A stretch of 24,975 nucleotides of DNA from the IMG/VR virus record IMGVR_UViG_3300011339_000390, positions 1 to 24,975 of that record. One strand, 5' to 3'. Of the stretch, positions 23,983-24,975 are shown one piece after another (positions within the stretch are counted from its first letter, which is position 1; each line of letters starts with the position of its first letter). The notes beneath the pieces were generated by a model, which saw only the letters and a program-made list of their open reading frames with translations, did no database searches and was not told the DNA's origin. This DNA comes from a virus. Taxonomy: Duplodnaviria > Caudoviricetes. Made by a program: the position numbers and the translations under genes.

Positions 23983-24444
23983 ATGTCAGCATTCACCAAG
24001 CAAATCACCCGTGTCACACGCACAGCACGTGCCACGGCCAAGCAGCTATCCGCACGGGTGGCGCTGCTCAAGCACCCGGCAGTCCGGGCGGCGTTCGAGG
24101 CATTCCCGTTGAGCCAGCGTAAGGATGTCGATCTGTCGCTGTCCACCTACGGGGATTCTGTGTACATAAACACAACGATGCGCAATCTGGAGTCGTTCAA
24201 AGTGCCCAAGCTGACCTGTCTGCTCGAGCGCTTCATGGGCGACGAGTGGACAGCCCGGGTCAACGAGTACGCAAACGACACGCCCAACAAGGACTTCCGC
24301 TTCGAGCGGCAGGTGGACGGGTTCACGATCTATGTGTGCATCTACGCTTATGTCAAGAGCGACAGCCCGCTCTGCCGTGTCGTGGTCACAGGTGTGACCG
24401 AGCGCGTAGTGCGTGAGGAAGTCAAGCAGATCGTCTGCGCGTAA
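23983..24444 (+). CDS. Hypothetical early protein (153 aa)
   Basis: TAGGAG RBS before ATG 23983 (MSAFTKQ...). Confidence 0.8.
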   Translation: MSAFTKQITRVTRTARATAKQLSARVALLKHPAVRAAFEAFPLSQRKDVDLSLSTYGDSVYINTTMRNLESFKVPKLTCLLERFMGDEWTARVNEYANDTPNKDFRFERQVDGFTIYVCIYAYVKSDSPLCRVVVTGVTERVVREEVKQIVCA

Positions 24445-24445
24445 G

Positions 24446-24476
24446 CAGGCAAACCGTGCCGGTGCGGTTCACCGGC
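24446..24476 (+). repeat. Hairpin family C, copy 1
   Basis: CAGGCAAACCGT-GCCGGTG-CGGTT-CACCGGC, right after a stop and before an RBS. Confidence 0.85.
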
Positions 24477-24496
24477 GGTTAACTAGGAGTCACAAT

Positions 24497-24694
24497 ATGA
24501 CATTCGCATTTATCCCCAAAGCATCATACAAAATCGGCCAAGTCATTCAAGTGCATGGTGAACCGATGCGCGTTGAAAGCTACACACACACGGGAAAAAA
24601 CGTCACCGTATGCACACTACCCGGTGCGCCGCGCTTTCGGCGCATCCTCTGCATCTGCACCGACATGACCGGAGTGTCAGAGGAGTTGACATGA
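24497..24694 (+). CDS. Hypothetical early protein (65 aa)
   Basis: TAGGAG RBS before ATG 24497 (MTFAFIPKASYKIGQ...). Confidence 0.75.
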   Translation: MTFAFIPKASYKIGQVIQVHGEPMRVESYTHTGKNVTVCTLPGAPRFRRILCICTDMTGVSEELT

Positions 24695-24939
24695 AAAAAG
24701 TCTTCGACATCCGCAGAGACCTGATGGACACCAAGATCGCAGGCATACCGTGCACCGTACGTGTGGACTACGCCTGCGTCACGCCACCTGACCCGAGGGG
24801 GGACAGCGACTGGGACTACTACGGCTACACCCAGTTCGACTACACCGTGTGTGACAGGCGCGGCAGGCCGGCCCCGTGGCTTGAGAAGAAGATGACTAGC
24901 GCCGACACGGCGCGGATACACGACGAGTATTTCGCCTGA
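24691..24939 (+). CDS. Hypothetical early protein (82 aa)
   Basis: GAGGAG RBS, ATGA overlap; 'IAGIPC.V.V...SDWDYYGYT..DY.VCDRRGRPAPWLEKKMT'. Confidence 0.8.
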   Translation: MKKVFDIRRDLMDTKIAGIPCTVRVDYACVTPPDPRGDSDWDYYGYTQFDYTVCDRRGRPAPWLEKKMTSADTARIHDEYFA

Positions 24940-24942
24940 TCT

Positions 24943-24974
24943 CAGGCACACCGTAGCCGGTGCGGTTCACCGGC
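24943..24974 (+). repeat. Hairpin family C, copy 2
   Basis: CAGGCACACCGTA-GCCGGTG-CGGTT-CACCGGC, 3 nt after a stop codon. Confidence 0.85.
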
Positions 24975-24975
24975 A

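Noticed and set aside
1-24975. tRNA, integrase, reverse transcriptase/DGR or alternative genetic code
   Set aside because: No cloverleaf or catalytic motifs were noticed, no adenine-specific TR/VR repeat pair was seen, and genes pack tightly under the standard code using all three stop codons.

Overview
This window is part of a tailed dsDNA bacteriophage genome (Caudoviricetes). It is probably podovirus-like, since no tail tube, sheath or tape-measure gene is visible. Positions 1-21017 form one minus-strand late operon: putative TerS, TerL, portal, GroES-like co-chaperonin, scaffold, capsid-associated protein, major capsid protein, a free-standing GIY-YIG endonuclease, head decoration/spike/fibre genes, a cluster of small basic proteins, head-tail adaptors, a beta-helix tailspike, small membrane proteins, a 3-TM holin and a GH24 endolysin cut by the window edge. 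A G-tract-rich divergent control region (~21020-21446) precedes a plus-strand early-type region of short hypothetical ORFs. Those ORFs are separated by three families of repeated palindromes/hairpins, and the region includes an origin-like segment (20-bp periodic repeats, AT-rich tract, IHF-type boxes). The most notable unexplained signals are the repeat-punctuated early cassette array, a candidate double-pseudoknot leader RNA that covers a ribosome-binding site (11461-11537), a shared [FYM]xxGG motif in the small basic late proteins, and a candidate ~60-nt sRNA with an anti-Shine-Dalgarno seed next to terS. All calls are by eye from motifs and gene order; no searches were run.
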